DNA of 64,000 nt from Gammaproteobacteria bacterium (GTDB taxonomy: Bacteria; Pseudomonadota; Gammaproteobacteria; SZUA-229). The stretch spans positions 471 to 64,470 of the forward strand of contig DATCTK010000022.1 of NCBI GenBank assembly GCA_036567985.1, in the 5' to 3' direction. Under the pieces are notes generated by a model. That model ran no database searches, was not told where the DNA came from, and saw nothing but the letters and a program-made list of their open reading frames with translations. Within the stretch, counting starts at the first letter, position 1. Every line of letters begins with the position of its first letter. This document shows positions 27,343-37,309 of the stretch, one piece after another. The position numbers and the translations under genes were made by a program.

Positions 27343-28797
27343 ATGCAATTTAACGATATTCCTGCCAACCTGCGTGTACCAGGTGTTTACATTGAATTCG
27401 ACTCATCGCTCGCCGGTAACAGTGTTGTTGCATTCAAGTTGCTGGTGATTGGCCAGCGCCTGGCAACCGGTACGGTAGCCGAAGGCGTGCCCACGCTGGT
27501 AAGCAACCCAGACGATGCCGAGACTTATTTCGGCCGTGGCTCTATGTTGGCCGAGCAGATTAAGGCGTTGAAGCACGCTAACCAGTTTATTGAGACCTGG
27601 GCAATTGCACTGGATGATGACGGCGCTGCGGTTGATGCCACCGGAACCATCACCGCAACCGGCGCGGCCACGGCCAATGGCACCATTCCGCTGATGATTG
27701 CCGGTAAGAAAGTGAATGTTGCCGTATTCAGTGGTGATACACAGGACGATATGGCCACTGCGATCGCTGCGGCCATTACGGCAGACACCACGCTACCTGT
27801 TACCGCAGCAGTTAATGGTGTGACAACCAACCAGGTAGACCTTACCTGCAAGTGGGCCGGTGAAACCGGTAATGACATCGACCTGCGCGTGGGTTACTAC
27901 GGCGAGAAACTGCCCGCCGGTACCGCCATTGCCTTTGGTGCAATGGCAGGTGGAACCACTAACCCGGATCTTGCTACAGCAATTAATGCATTTGGTGATG
28001 AGTGGTGGAACTGGATAGTGATGCCCTACACCGACACTGCCAACCTGGTGGCACTGGAAACCGAACTGGAATCGCGCTGGGGCCCGATGGTGCAGAAAGG
28101 TGCGCGCGCCTTTACCGCGTACAAAAATACACTGGCCTTAACCTCTACCTTCGGCAACGGCCGTAACAGCCCGCATGTGAGCACTATGGGCATTAACACC
28201 TCACCCACACCACCGTGGAACTGGGCGGCGATTAATGCGGTGGTTGCCGCCGCATCACTTTCAATCGACCCCGCACGGCCACTGCAAACGCTGACATTGC
28301 CTGGTGTATTGGCACCGGCCATTGAAGACCGCTGGACCACCACGGAGCGCAATACATTGCTGTATGACGGGATTGCAACCCACGTAGTGAATGCGGACGG
28401 CACGGTTTCGATTGAGCGTCAAATCACCATGTACCAGCTCAACGCAGCGGGCAATGCAGATGATGCCTACCTGGACATTAACACCCCGGAAACACTGGAG
28501 CGGATTCGCTTCACCCAGCGCAGCCTGTTTGCACGTAAGTTTCCGCGCCACAAACTAGCAAATGACAGTGCAAAAGGTGGCGAAGGTGTGATGCAACCGA
28601 AAATTGCCAGGGCCGAACTGCTGATGCTGTACCGCGACATGGAAGACCTAGGCTGGGTGCAGGGTTATGACGACTACAAGGCGAGCGTTCAGGTTGAGGT
28701 TGATGCAAATGACCCCACGCGACTGAATGTGCAGGACTCACCCATGCTGGTTGGCCAGTACCGGGTGCATGCCCAAAAAGCACAGTTTTTACGTTAA
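27343..28797 (+). CDS. Contractile tail sheath protein (Mu L-like)
   Basis: 484 aa. N-terminal IPANLRVPGVYIEFDSS sheath signature. Confidence 0.9.
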   Translation: MQFNDIPANLRVPGVYIEFDSSLAGNSVVAFKLLVIGQRLATGTVAEGVPTLVSNPDDAETYFGRGSMLAEQIKALKHANQFIETWAIALDDDGAAVDATGTITATGAATANGTIPLMIAGKKVNVAVFSGDTQDDMATAIAAAITADTTLPVTAAVNGVTTNQVDLTCKWAGETGNDIDLRVGYYGEKLPAGTAIAFGAMAGGTTNPDLATAINAFGDEWWNWIVMPYTDTANLVALETELESRWGPMVQKGARAFTAYKNTLALTSTFGNGRNSPHVSTMGINTSPTPPWNWAAINAVVAAASLSIDPARPLQTLTLPGVLAPAIEDRWTTTERNTLLYDGIATHVVNADGTVSIERQITMYQLNAAGNADDAYLDINTPETLERIRFTQRSLFARKFPRHKLANDSAKGGEGVMQPKIARAELLMLYRDMEDLGWVQGYDDYKASVQVEVDANDPTRLNVQDSPMLVGQYRVHAQKAQFLR

Positions 28798-28822
28798 CGA
28801 TTAACCAGCAAAGGTAAACGAC

Positions 28823-29179
28823 ATGGCAAAACAATTTACAGGCAGGGTCACCATTCGTGTTGATGGCCAGGAATATAAGTCGATGGATGGCGCCACACTG
28901 AACCCCGGTGGTGTTAACCGCTCCACGGTTAAAGGTGGCGGCCGCGTGCATGGCTACACCGAGGAAGACCAGGAACCGACGATGGACTTCAAGTTGCCAC
29001 ACAATGCCGGTGTGTCGCTTAAGCGACTGGGTTCACTGACTGATGCGACAGTGATGTTTGAGACAGACAGCGGCGTGCAGTTTATTACCCGCGGCTGTTA
29101 CACCACCGAACCACCCAGCCTGTCTGGCAATGAGGTGGACGTGAAGATGGCCGGTGTTGAATGTGACGAACTGGTGTAG
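28823..29179 (+). CDS. Tail tube protein (Mu M-like)
   Basis: 118 aa directly after sheath. Confidence 0.8.
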   Translation: MAKQFTGRVTIRVDGQEYKSMDGATLNPGGVNRSTVKGGGRVHGYTEEDQEPTMDFKLPHNAGVSLKRLGSLTDATVMFETDSGVQFITRGCYTTEPPSLSGNEVDVKMAGVECDELV

Positions 29180-29186
29180 GTGAGAT

Positions 29187-29567
29187 ATGGCTGAGATAAA
29201 CGTACTTCTAATTAATGGCTACAAGCTGGGTGATGCTGTCATAAAGGATGTAGTGATTCGCGATATTACTGCTGGTGACATTATCGAATCTCAAATTGAG
29301 GCTGAGCGTCTGGTACAGACAGAAGATGGGCCAGAACTCGTGACAAGCCCCACGCTGGCCGGTGTTCATATGCTGCGTCGCCAGATCGTTTCGATTGGTG
29401 ATATTCAGGGCCCCATTAGCCTTCATGAAATAAAGCGGCTGGATCCGGTTGATTTCAACCTGCTGCAGGCTAAGGCCAGTGAGCTTGAATCGGCCTGTAT
29501 GAAGAAAGCCAGTGGGGAGGCAGCGGTACAGCGGGGGCGAGATCATCAGGGCGAGTCGATCGATTAA
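29187..29567 (+). CDS. Tail assembly chaperone (Mu gp41-like); candidate programmed frameshift site
   Basis: 126 aa between tube and tape measure. An overlapping 58-codon open frame (29503-29679, +1 frame) runs exactly to the TMP start. Confidence 0.6.
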   Translation: MAEINVLLINGYKLGDAVIKDVVIRDITAGDIIESQIEAERLVQTEDGPELVTSPTLAGVHMLRRQIVSIGDIQGPISLHEIKRLDPVDFNLLQAKASELESACMKKASGEAAVQRGRDHQGESID

Positions 29568-29671
29568 TACAATTGTGCTGGCCCTGGCATTACACGTTGG
29601 CTGGACTGAACAGGTGATACACGCCCTGCCGCTACAACGTTTGATGAGTTATTTAAAGTTACTGGATAGAG

Positions 29672-31072
29672 ATGGCTGATTTAAAAACATCTGTTGTTAT
29701 TGACCTGAAAGGTAATCTGCTGCGTCGTTCGCGGCAGTATACGCAGAGCATGGTCAACTTCGCACAAAAATCGCGCAGCAGTAACAAGCTTTTGAGTCGT
29801 TCTATTGCAGCAACAGGCCGCGGCATACGTCGCATGGGTAATCAGTACACTGCGTTGTTAGGCGGCGTGGCGACGGGTGCGGCGGTTAAAAATGTAATGA
29901 ACTTGCAGGAGCGTTTTGTTCGCCTGGGCATTCAGGCAAATGTGAGCAATGAAAAGGTGAACGGGCTGAAGAAAAGGATTTTTGAGGTGGCCTCTGCCCC
30001 TGATATTCGGGTTAACGCCAGCCAGGTTACATCCGCCATTGAGGAAATTGTTGAAAAGACCGGTGACCTGGAGTTTGCCGAGAAGAACATGCGTAACATT
30101 GGTATAGCGATACAAGCAACAGGTGCCGACGGCAGTGCCATTGGTGGCATTATGGCCGAGTTTCAGAAAATGGGAATTACCTCGACACGTGAGGTTATGC
30201 AGGCGCTCGACACACTCAATGTACAAGGTAAAGAAGGTGCCTTTACATTGCAAAATCTGGCTGCGCTCGGTCCGCGTGTTGTTACTGCGTATACATCACT
30301 TGGGCGAACCGGTGTTGGTTCTCTGAGAGAAATGGGCGCAGCCCTGCAGGTGATACGTCAGGGTACCGGATCCAGTGAGCAGGCGGCGACCTCGTTTGAG
30401 GCGCTGCTGCGTACATTTGGTGATAAGGCAAAAGTAGCCAAGCTCGAAGCCAGTGGAATTCAGGTGTTCGACCCGGACGAACTCAAAAAAGGCAATGAAG
30501 TTCTGCGACCGATTAATCAGCTGATGAAAGAAATTATTGAGAAGACCGGCGGCAAGAAAACCCTACTCAGCAATGTTTTCGATGCTGAGGCGATTCGCGC
30601 CTTTAATGCGGCGGCAGCGGAATTTCAGCGCACAGGTTCCGTTGAGTCACTTGAAAAATTCATGAATGTGCAGGCCAATGGCTCAACCACACTACGTGAT
30701 GCCGCCCGCGCCGCTGGCACAGCAAACGCGGCATTAACCAACCTGGGCACAGCTGCTGGGCGTATGGCCGATGAGCTGTTGGCAGAACCAATACAGATGG
30801 CGGCGGATGCTATTAATAACCTGATGAACAGTGGCCCCAGCCTGCAAGACCGAATTGGTGGCACGATTGATACGGTACTGGCCACTTTCGGCAGCGATGC
30901 TGCACAGCGTCGCCTTGATGCACACTTTAAACAACAGGCTATGGCCGGTTTTAATGGTCAACTGGACATAAAAGTTGATAGTGAAGGTCGCGCCTCTGTT
31001 ACCAAAATGAAAACTGATAACAAGAATATCAATATGGACGTCGACACCGGCACCCAGATGGTGAACCCATGA
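29672..31072 (+). CDS. Tail tape measure protein
   Basis: 466 aa, alpha-helical, Ala/Gly-rich. Position after chaperone. Short for a myophage TMP. Confidence 0.75.
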   Translation: MADLKTSVVIDLKGNLLRRSRQYTQSMVNFAQKSRSSNKLLSRSIAATGRGIRRMGNQYTALLGGVATGAAVKNVMNLQERFVRLGIQANVSNEKVNGLKKRIFEVASAPDIRVNASQVTSAIEEIVEKTGDLEFAEKNMRNIGIAIQATGADGSAIGGIMAEFQKMGITSTREVMQALDTLNVQGKEGAFTLQNLAALGPRVVTAYTSLGRTGVGSLREMGAALQVIRQGTGSSEQAATSFEALLRTFGDKAKVAKLEASGIQVFDPDELKKGNEVLRPINQLMKEIIEKTGGKKTLLSNVFDAEAIRAFNAAAAEFQRTGSVESLEKFMNVQANGSTTLRDAARAAGTANAALTNLGTAAGRMADELLAEPIQMAADAINNLMNSGPSLQDRIGGTIDTVLATFGSDAAQRRLDAHFKQQAMAGFNGQLDIKVDSEGRASVTKMKTDNKNINMDVDTGTQMVNP

Positions 31073-32217
31073 GCTGGCGCGAGCGCTACACACCAGGCGG
31101 TAAATTTCGCACAGCTGATTTCTGGGTGGAGACAGATGAGCTGGAGTTCGGCCGCCGTGTGGTGGTTCATGAATTTCCCCTGCAGGATAAACCGGTTTCG
31201 GAAGACCTTGGTCGACGTGCCCGCAAGTTCAGCATTAGTGTGTTTGTGCTGGGCGCAGATTACGACTTTGCGCGTAACCGGCTGATTGATGAAATAGAAA
31301 AGCCTGGCCCCGGCGTGCTGGTACACCCCTACCTGGGCACCATGAAGGTGGTGATTACTGAGGCTAAAAAAACCGAGACCACGCGCGAAGGTGGTATGGC
31401 GCGTTTTACACTCACCTGTGTTGAAGCGGGTGATATTAGTTTCAACTTTGAGCAACCAGACACACCCGAAGTTGTTGAGACTGATGCAGATAAAACGATT
31501 GCTGAGACTATTCTGGAGTTTGGTGAAAATTTCAATACTGTGACCCAGGCACAGGAATTTGTGGAGGCCGTTCAAAGCAGCATAGAAACGGCTTTAAATG
31601 CACTTGAAACGGTGGTGAGTGGTGTCACTGACCCGGTTACCTCGCTGATTCGCACACCGGCCGAGTTGGCATCGAAGTTAGCGGGCACCCTGGGTAACCT
31701 GCGCAACTCCCTGGGTAATCCACGCCGTGCGCTGGATATTTATAAAACACTGTTTAACACCCGCAGTGATATATCCAGTATTCCAACCACCACCAGTAAC
31801 CGCCTGCAGCAGATTGTCAATACCCAGGCATTCGATGCGTTGCTGGCACGCATTGCCATTGCCGAAGCCTGCAAGACGGTGGCAGCTATCAATTGGCCCA
31901 CACGGGATGATGCCATTGCAATTCGTGATGTCATTCTTAATGCGATTGATGAGCAAATGGACGCTGATATGACCGATGGCGTGTACGACAGCATGAGTGC
32001 CCTACGCGCAGCACTGGCTGAGGATGTGCGCATTCGCAGTGCCCGTTTACCGCGCCTGGCGTTTCACACGCCGGTAACTGTGTTGCCTGCTTTGGTACTG
32101 GCACACCAGATTCATAACGATGCCTCACGCGCGGATGAATTGATTACGCGCAATAACATTGCTCACCCTGGTTTTGTGGGGGGCGGCCAACCGCTGGAGT
32201 ACATCAAGGATGTCTAG
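31069..32217 (+). CDS. DNA circularisation protein N (Mu gpN family)
   Basis: 382 aa. N-terminus GKFRTADFWVETDELEFGRRVVVHEFPLQDKPVSEDLGRRARKFSISVFV matches the DNA_circ_N signature. Confidence 0.8.
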   Translation: MSWRERYTPGGKFRTADFWVETDELEFGRRVVVHEFPLQDKPVSEDLGRRARKFSISVFVLGADYDFARNRLIDEIEKPGPGVLVHPYLGTMKVVITEAKKTETTREGGMARFTLTCVEAGDISFNFEQPDTPEVVETDADKTIAETILEFGENFNTVTQAQEFVEAVQSSIETALNALETVVSGVTDPVTSLIRTPAELASKLAGTLGNLRNSLGNPRRALDIYKTLFNTRSDISSIPTTTSNRLQQIVNTQAFDALLARIAIAEACKTVAAINWPTRDDAIAIRDVILNAIDEQMDADMTDGVYDSMSALRAALAEDVRIRSARLPRLAFHTPVTVLPALVLAHQIHNDASRADELITRNNIAHPGFVGGGQPLEYIKDV

Positions 32218-33250
32218 CATTGTACTTAAAGCAAATGGCATTGTGCACAGCGGCTGGAAAATCATTACGGTGCAGCGCTCGTTAGAGCAGCTGGCTGATA
32301 CCTTCAGCCTGACACTCAGCGAACGCTGGGCGGACAGCGACCGTCAACGCTCTATTAAGGTGGGCATGCCGTGTGAAATTGCCATTGACGATGAGACCAT
32401 TATCACCGGCTATGTGGATGACGTGCTGCCTAATTATGATGCGCAAACCCATGAAATTGAGATTGTGGGCCGTTCTGCCTTGTGTGACCTGGTGGACTGC
32501 TCACTGGAGGGTAAACAGTACAAAAACAAAAAACTGGATGAGCTGGCGCGCATTGTGTGTAAGCCGTTTGGTATTGGTGTGATGGTTGCCACCGATATTG
32601 GCGCGCCATTTAAGTCTCCCACCATTGAGTCGGGCCAATCGCCCTTCGAATTTCTTGAGCAATTTGCTCGCAGCCGTGCGGTGCGCATGGTGAGCGATCG
32701 TGACAGTAACCTGGTGTTTACCCGTACCGGTACCGTGCGCATTCGCACAGCTTTGGAATTGGGCAAAAACATTAAGGGTGCATCGGCTGAATTTACTCAG
32801 CGTGATCGCTTCGACAAATACACGGTGCTTGGGCAGCAGGCTGGTGGCAATACATTAACCGGTGCTGCAGCTGCAGAGGTGAAAGGCTCGGCCATTGATA
32901 AACAGGTGATTCGACACCGCCCGATGGTGAGCCAGGCTGAAGGTTCGGTTAATGCTGAAGATGCAAAAATTCGTGCACGCTGGGAAAGCAATACCCGTTT
33001 TGGCCGAAGCCAGGCTGTGGTGTACACGGTGCTGGGCTGGCGTCATGCCGATGGCTTGTGGGCACCCAATACCCTGGTACCGGTGAAAGACCATTATCTC
33101 GATATTAATGATGATCGCCTGATTGTGGGTGTGCAGTTCATTATGGATGAAGCCGGTCAACGCACCGAGCTGCAGGTGATGCCCAAACAGGCCTTTGACC
33201 TGATTGCATTGCCCGAGCCTGAAACCGATGAAGGGGGCTTTGGCTTATGA
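32210..33250 (+). CDS. Baseplate hub / tail protein P (gpD-like)
   Basis: About 346 aa. Start at ATG 32210, overlapping the N stop. Position after the N gene. Confidence 0.7.
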   Translation: MSSIVLKANGIVHSGWKIITVQRSLEQLADTFSLTLSERWADSDRQRSIKVGMPCEIAIDDETIITGYVDDVLPNYDAQTHEIEIVGRSALCDLVDCSLEGKQYKNKKLDELARIVCKPFGIGVMVATDIGAPFKSPTIESGQSPFEFLEQFARSRAVRMVSDRDSNLVFTRTGTVRIRTALELGKNIKGASAEFTQRDRFDKYTVLGQQAGGNTLTGAAAAEVKGSAIDKQVIRHRPMVSQAEGSVNAEDAKIRARWESNTRFGRSQAVVYTVLGWRHADGLWAPNTLVPVKDHYLDINDDRLIVGVQFIMDEAGQRTELQVMPKQAFDLIALPEPETDEGGFGL

Positions 33251-33789
33251 ACCTGCGCAGCCTGCAGAAAATATTAAAGCCCTACCATCGCCGCATTACG
33301 AATTTGCTGGCACGGGGTGTGGTGAGGCTGGTGGATGCATCGACGTTTATGCAGTCGATTCAGTTGTCTGTGTTATCTGGTGAGCTGCTGGATAACGTAG
33401 AGCATTTTGAACCCTACGGCTTTACCGCACACCCGCATGCCGGCGCTGAGGCATTGGTGGCCAGCCTGGGTGGTAATCGCAGCCACGCGGTGGTTATTAG
33501 CATTGCCGATCGCCAGTTTCGTTTACGCGAACTCGCGCCTGGTGAAGTGGCGCTGTATACCGATGAAGGTGACAGTATTGTTTTACGCCGTGGAAACAAT
33601 ATTGAGCTTAATGCAACCACACAGGTCACCATCAATTCACCCGTCGCGCATTTCTCCGGCAATATTACCGCGGATGGCGATATTAGCGATGCCAACGGAT
33701 CCATGCAGGATATGCGTGGTACTTACAACACCCACACGCACAGCAACCCGGAAGGCGGCAGTGTTGGTCCAGCCGTGGGGCAGATGTAA
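33247..33789 (+). CDS. Baseplate assembly protein V / spike (Mu gp45-like)
   Basis: 180 aa. HFEPYGFTAHPHAGAE is the gpV family hallmark. Confidence 0.8.
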   Translation: MNLRSLQKILKPYHRRITNLLARGVVRLVDASTFMQSIQLSVLSGELLDNVEHFEPYGFTAHPHAGAEALVASLGGNRSHAVVISIADRQFRLRELAPGEVALYTDEGDSIVLRRGNNIELNATTQVTINSPVAHFSGNITADGDISDANGSMQDMRGTYNTHTHSNPEGGSVGPAVGQM

Positions 33790-34236
33790 ATGGATATCGC
33801 GCTTTTACAAGCAGGCTCTGGCTTTGATTTTGATATCGGCATTGATGCGCCGGATCTTACCACCGACCATGGCTTACGCACCGCTATCACTATTTCACTG
33901 TTTACCGATCGCAGTGCTGAGGTGTCGGATGATGTGGACACAAACACGAATCGACGTGGCTGGTGGGCTGATATTCTCAGTGAGGTTCAGGGTGACAACA
34001 CTGGCTCACGTTTGTGGTTGCTGGGCCGCTCGAAGCAAACAAAGGACACGTTACTACGTGCGAAAGAACATGCCCAGGAAGCACTGCAATGGCTGCTGGA
34101 CGACGGTGCGGCCAGTCGCCTGCTGATAGAAACCGAATGGGTTGCACGCGGCACCCTGGGTATACGCGTGCAAATTTACAAAGCAGCTGGGGAACCATTT
34201 GACCAGGTGTTTGAATACAGTTTGGAGGCTTTATAA
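33790..34236 (+). CDS. Mu gp46-like baseplate protein (GP46 family)
   Basis: 148 aa. DLTTDHGLRTAITISLFTDRSA...RRGWWADIL matches GP46. Confidence 0.7.
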   Translation: MDIALLQAGSGFDFDIGIDAPDLTTDHGLRTAITISLFTDRSAEVSDDVDTNTNRRGWWADILSEVQGDNTGSRLWLLGRSKQTKDTLLRAKEHAQEALQWLLDDGAASRLLIETEWVARGTLGIRVQIYKAAGEPFDQVFEYSLEAL

Positions 34237-35301
34237 ATGCCCTTTAACCGGCCCGCTCTTAAAGTGATTAATGCCCGTATTCAATCGGATATACAGAGCC
34301 GTTTACCAGGCACTGACCCGAGGCTGCGCCATAGCATGCTGGGTATTCTCGGCAAGGTGCATGCGGGTGCATCGCACGGCCTGCATGGCCATATTGACTG
34401 GCTATCAAAACAGATACTACCTGACACTGCAGAGTCGGCATATCTCGATCGATGGGCGCAAATATGGGGCAAGCCGCGAAAGGATGCGGTGCCTGCACAG
34501 GGTGATGTGATTTGTACGGGTACGAACGCGACGCTGATACCTGCAGGCATAACGCTGCAACGATCTGACGGCGTTGAATTTACCACCGATGCGGATGCCA
34601 CCATTGCAGCCGGTACCGTAACGGTTTCGGTTACTGCCACGAGTGGTGGTACGGCATCAAATACCGTCGCGGCCAGTGTGCTTACTTTTGCATCGCCGAT
34701 TGCTGGCATTAACAGCAACGCGTCGGTTGACGTTGACGGTTTGACCGGTGGCATTGATGTTGAAAGTGATGATGACCTGCGTAATCGTTTGCTGGATCGC
34801 ATTCAGAAGCCACCACAGGGCGGTGCTGCCCATGACTATGTGGCCTGGGCACTGGAGGTGCCAGGTGTGACACGTGCATGGTGTTATCCACTTGAGAACG
34901 GTGCGGGTACCGTGGTGGTTAGGTTTATGATGGACGAGACCTATGCCGATGGTATTCCACTCGCGGCTGATGTTGCCGAAGTGCAGGATTACATTGATGC
35001 GCGTCGACCCATTGGCCTGGCATTGAACGGCTTTACTGCAGTTGCACCGACTGCCTCACCGATTGATTTCACCATTACTGTTGCACCTAACACCCAGGAC
35101 GTGCAGGACGCGGTTGAGGCTGAACTGGCGGATATGATTTTGCGTGACAGTGAGCCGGGTGGCACCATTCTGATCAGTCGCATTCATGAAGCAATTAGCC
35201 TGGCAGCAGGTGAAACCGATCATGTGTTGGTTGCCCCTGCCGCCGATGTGGCGCATACAGTGAACCAGGTGGCTACACTGGGCACGGTGACCTTTAACTG
35301 A
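34237..35301 (+). CDS. Baseplate J-like protein (Mu gp47)
   Basis: 354 aa; position and size; N-terminal region as in the Baseplate_J family. Confidence 0.7.
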   Translation: MPFNRPALKVINARIQSDIQSRLPGTDPRLRHSMLGILGKVHAGASHGLHGHIDWLSKQILPDTAESAYLDRWAQIWGKPRKDAVPAQGDVICTGTNATLIPAGITLQRSDGVEFTTDADATIAAGTVTVSVTATSGGTASNTVAASVLTFASPIAGINSNASVDVDGLTGGIDVESDDDLRNRLLDRIQKPPQGGAAHDYVAWALEVPGVTRAWCYPLENGAGTVVVRFMMDETYADGIPLAADVAEVQDYIDARRPIGLALNGFTAVAPTASPIDFTITVAPNTQDVQDAVEAELADMILRDSEPGGTILISRIHEAISLAAGETDHVLVAPAADVAHTVNQVATLGTVTFN

Positions 35302-35834
35302 TGAACACAGAAGACTACAAACAGCAGCTGATTTCATTGTTGCCAGTGGGTGGCATCTGGCCATCACCCCAGGTGGTCAATAACCTCACCAAGCTGCTGG
35401 ATGCGATGGCTGAAGAGCTGGCGCGCATCGATGGCCGCATTCAGAACCTGGTTGATGAAGCATTCCCCAACACCGCGCTTGAGATGATAACCGATTGGGA
35501 ACGCAACACGGGCTTGCCGTTTACCTGCACCGGCGCATTGGAAACATTACAGCAGCGTCGGGCTGCCATATTGAGTGTGCTGACTGTTGAACGCAGTTTA
35601 TCTGCTTCGTATTACATTGAGCTGGCCAGCAGGCTTGGGTTCGATATCACGATAGCAGAAACGGCGGCTTATACATGGGAAGTGACAGCAGCTATCGACG
35701 AAAATGCGGTGTATTTTCGCGCTGGCCAATCCAGTGCTGGCCAACCATTAATTCAAACATCAAATAACCTGCTGGAGTGCGTCATGCAATTGCTTAAGCC
35801 TGCTCACACGGTTGTTACATTTAATTATATATAG
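35301..35834 (+). CDS. Mu gp48-like tail protein (DUF2313 / P2 gpI-like)
   Basis: 177 aa following J-like baseplate protein. Confidence 0.6.
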   Translation: MNTEDYKQQLISLLPVGGIWPSPQVVNNLTKLLDAMAEELARIDGRIQNLVDEAFPNTALEMITDWERNTGLPFTCTGALETLQQRRAAILSVLTVERSLSASYYIELASRLGFDITIAETAAYTWEVTAAIDENAVYFRAGQSSAGQPLIQTSNNLLECVMQLLKPAHTVVTFNYI

Positions 35835-35843
35835 AGGTGATTT

Positions 35844-36503
35844 ATGCATCGCGTCGATAATGCCACGTCAGCAATAACACGCCCGGTACCCCAGGTTGTT
35901 GGGCCGAACCCGAATGGCTACTACCAGAACAATACGGTAGTTGATGCCGACTGGCTTAACGCCGTGCAGGAAGAAATTGTAGGCGTCATCCTGGCGGCGG
36001 GTATGAGCCTCAGCAAAAGCTATGTTACCCAGTTAAACGAGGCCATCGATGTCAAGATCGAAGATGGCATTCAGAGCGTGCTGGAAACCAATACCAGGGC
36101 GTTATTTGTGCAGGCTGCAGCACCTACAGGCTGGACGCAGGACAACAGCTATAACGACCGTGTGATTCGTGTGGTGAATACTGCTAATGGCGGTAATACG
36201 GGTGGTAGCTGGACGATATCTGGATTGTCTGTCAATGGTCACCAGCTGTCAGTGAATGAAATGCCTAGCCATAACCACGGTGTCACTGACCCGTCTCACC
36301 GTCATCAGTTTCAGACAGGATCTGGGGGAACGTCTGGTAGTGCTGGTGGCGTCGGGGGGGATATCAATGTGACGTCTGATTATGCAACCACTGGCATATC
36401 AATACAAAACCGAGGTGGCAACCTGGCTCACAGCCATGGCCTAACCGCAAATGGTGCCTGGCGTCCGGCCTACGTCGACGTTATCGCATGTGTAAGAAAC
36501 TAG
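35844..36503 (+). CDS. Tail fibre protein with C-terminal tail-collar (MdpB-like) domain
   Basis: 219 aa. C-terminal LSVNEMPSHNHGV...HRHQF...HSHGL His-rich collar-domain motifs. Confidence 0.65.
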   Translation: MHRVDNATSAITRPVPQVVGPNPNGYYQNNTVVDADWLNAVQEEIVGVILAAGMSLSKSYVTQLNEAIDVKIEDGIQSVLETNTRALFVQAAAPTGWTQDNSYNDRVIRVVNTANGGNTGGSWTISGLSVNGHQLSVNEMPSHNHGVTDPSHRHQFQTGSGGTSGSAGGVGGDINVTSDYATTGISIQNRGGNLAHSHGLTANGAWRPAYVDVIACVRN

Positions 36504-36513
36504 AGGAAATATC

Positions 36514-36843
36514 ATGGCATACAGTTATCAGTTAAATACTATCGACTTCGTTATCAAGATTGAGCGTGTCTCAATATCACCAGTGCAGAAAAACATTGAG
36601 CTGACCGTGAGCATACTCAATCTGGCCACTTACAATGTCCAGCATGCGTTTGTTCATATCGAGGGTGATGATTTTCTGGCCATGGCGAGCCTCACACCGA
36701 ATCAGGGCAACGATATGTACAGCGTGATCAAGCAGGCTGCCTGGTCGCACCTTCTGTCATCTGAGGTGGATATGGCGCTGATCGTCTTCGGGCGACCGCT
36801 TGAAGAAGGTGAAACGCTTCCAGCTATGACCGAGGTTGCCTGA
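36514..36843 (+). CDS. Hypothetical protein (possible fibre accessory)
   Basis: 109-aa ORF with RBS GGAGG; no recognisable motifs. Confidence 0.4.
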   Translation: MAYSYQLNTIDFVIKIERVSISPVQKNIELTVSILNLATYNVQHAFVHIEGDDFLAMASLTPNQGNDMYSVIKQAAWSHLLSSEVDMALIVFGRPLEEGETLPAMTEVA

Positions 36844-37163
36844 TGAGGTACAAGAACGCTGAGAAGTGCCATAAATGCCCACAGAGCAATGGAGAAGATG
36901 GCTGCCCCTGGTGGTGGGAGTTGATGGAACGTAACGAACAGGGCCAGGAGCGCCTCAATAAGCAGTGTGGCAAGGCCTATATACCGACGCTGTTGGTTGA
37001 GGTCATAAAGGCCAGCAACCGGCCTGCAGCTGAAATGGGGGCTATGCGTCAGGAAGTTGCACAGGCCGTGTCACAGGCTGTGTCATTAACCATGGAGAAG
37101 GTAGCCCAGATACAAGGACCAGATAATGGCAGGCATCAACCCCTGCCGAAGAGGGAGGATTAA
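36843..37163 (+). CDS. Cys-rich hypothetical protein (last prophage gene)
   Basis: 106 aa with CHKC...C...C motifs; overlaps the previous stop. Confidence 0.4.
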   Translation: MRYKNAEKCHKCPQSNGEDGCPWWWELMERNEQGQERLNKQCGKAYIPTLLVEVIKASNRPAAEMGAMRQEVAQAVSQAVSLTMEKVAQIQGPDNGRHQPLPKRED

Positions 37164-37210
37164 ACCGGATTTAAACGCAGATACATGGACGTTCGAAGCA
37201 TCATAAATAA

Positions 37211-37309
37211 GCCTTTCAATCGCGACTGTCTCATATCAAGTGCAAAATAGCCGTTTATTCACGTATCATTTCAAACGCTAAACTGTCTCATTTCAAGCCG
37301 CGTGCTACA
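37211..37309. promoter_or_regulatory. Prophage right-end (attR-like) transposase-binding repeats and terminal CA
   Basis: Direct repeats ACTGTCTCATATCAAG (37225-37240), TATCATTTCAAACGC (37264-37278) and ACTGTCTCATTTCAAG (37282-37296), plus CTTTCAATCGCG at 37213. The element ends ...GCTACA at 37309. The bottom strand reads 5'-TGTAGC, like Mu TGTATTG. Confidence 0.6.

Larger units (their letters stand above)
1..37309. mobile_element. Mu-like transposable prophage (Myoviridae-type contractile tail); left end at or beyond window start; right end mapped at ~37309
   Basis: Coherent set of Mu-family genes (Ner-like, DDE transposase A, B-type AAA+ ATPase, DUF3164, GemA-like, Mor/C, GH108 lysin, gp27-like TerS, TerL, DUF935 portal, MuF, I-like protease, capsid, gp36/gp37/G, sheath, tube, TMP, DNA-circ N, P, gp45, gp46, gp47, gp48, fibre). 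At the right end there are three direct TTTCA-type repeats and a terminal CA. Homology to a host repeat copy at 47121-47253 breaks exactly at 37309. Confidence 0.85.
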
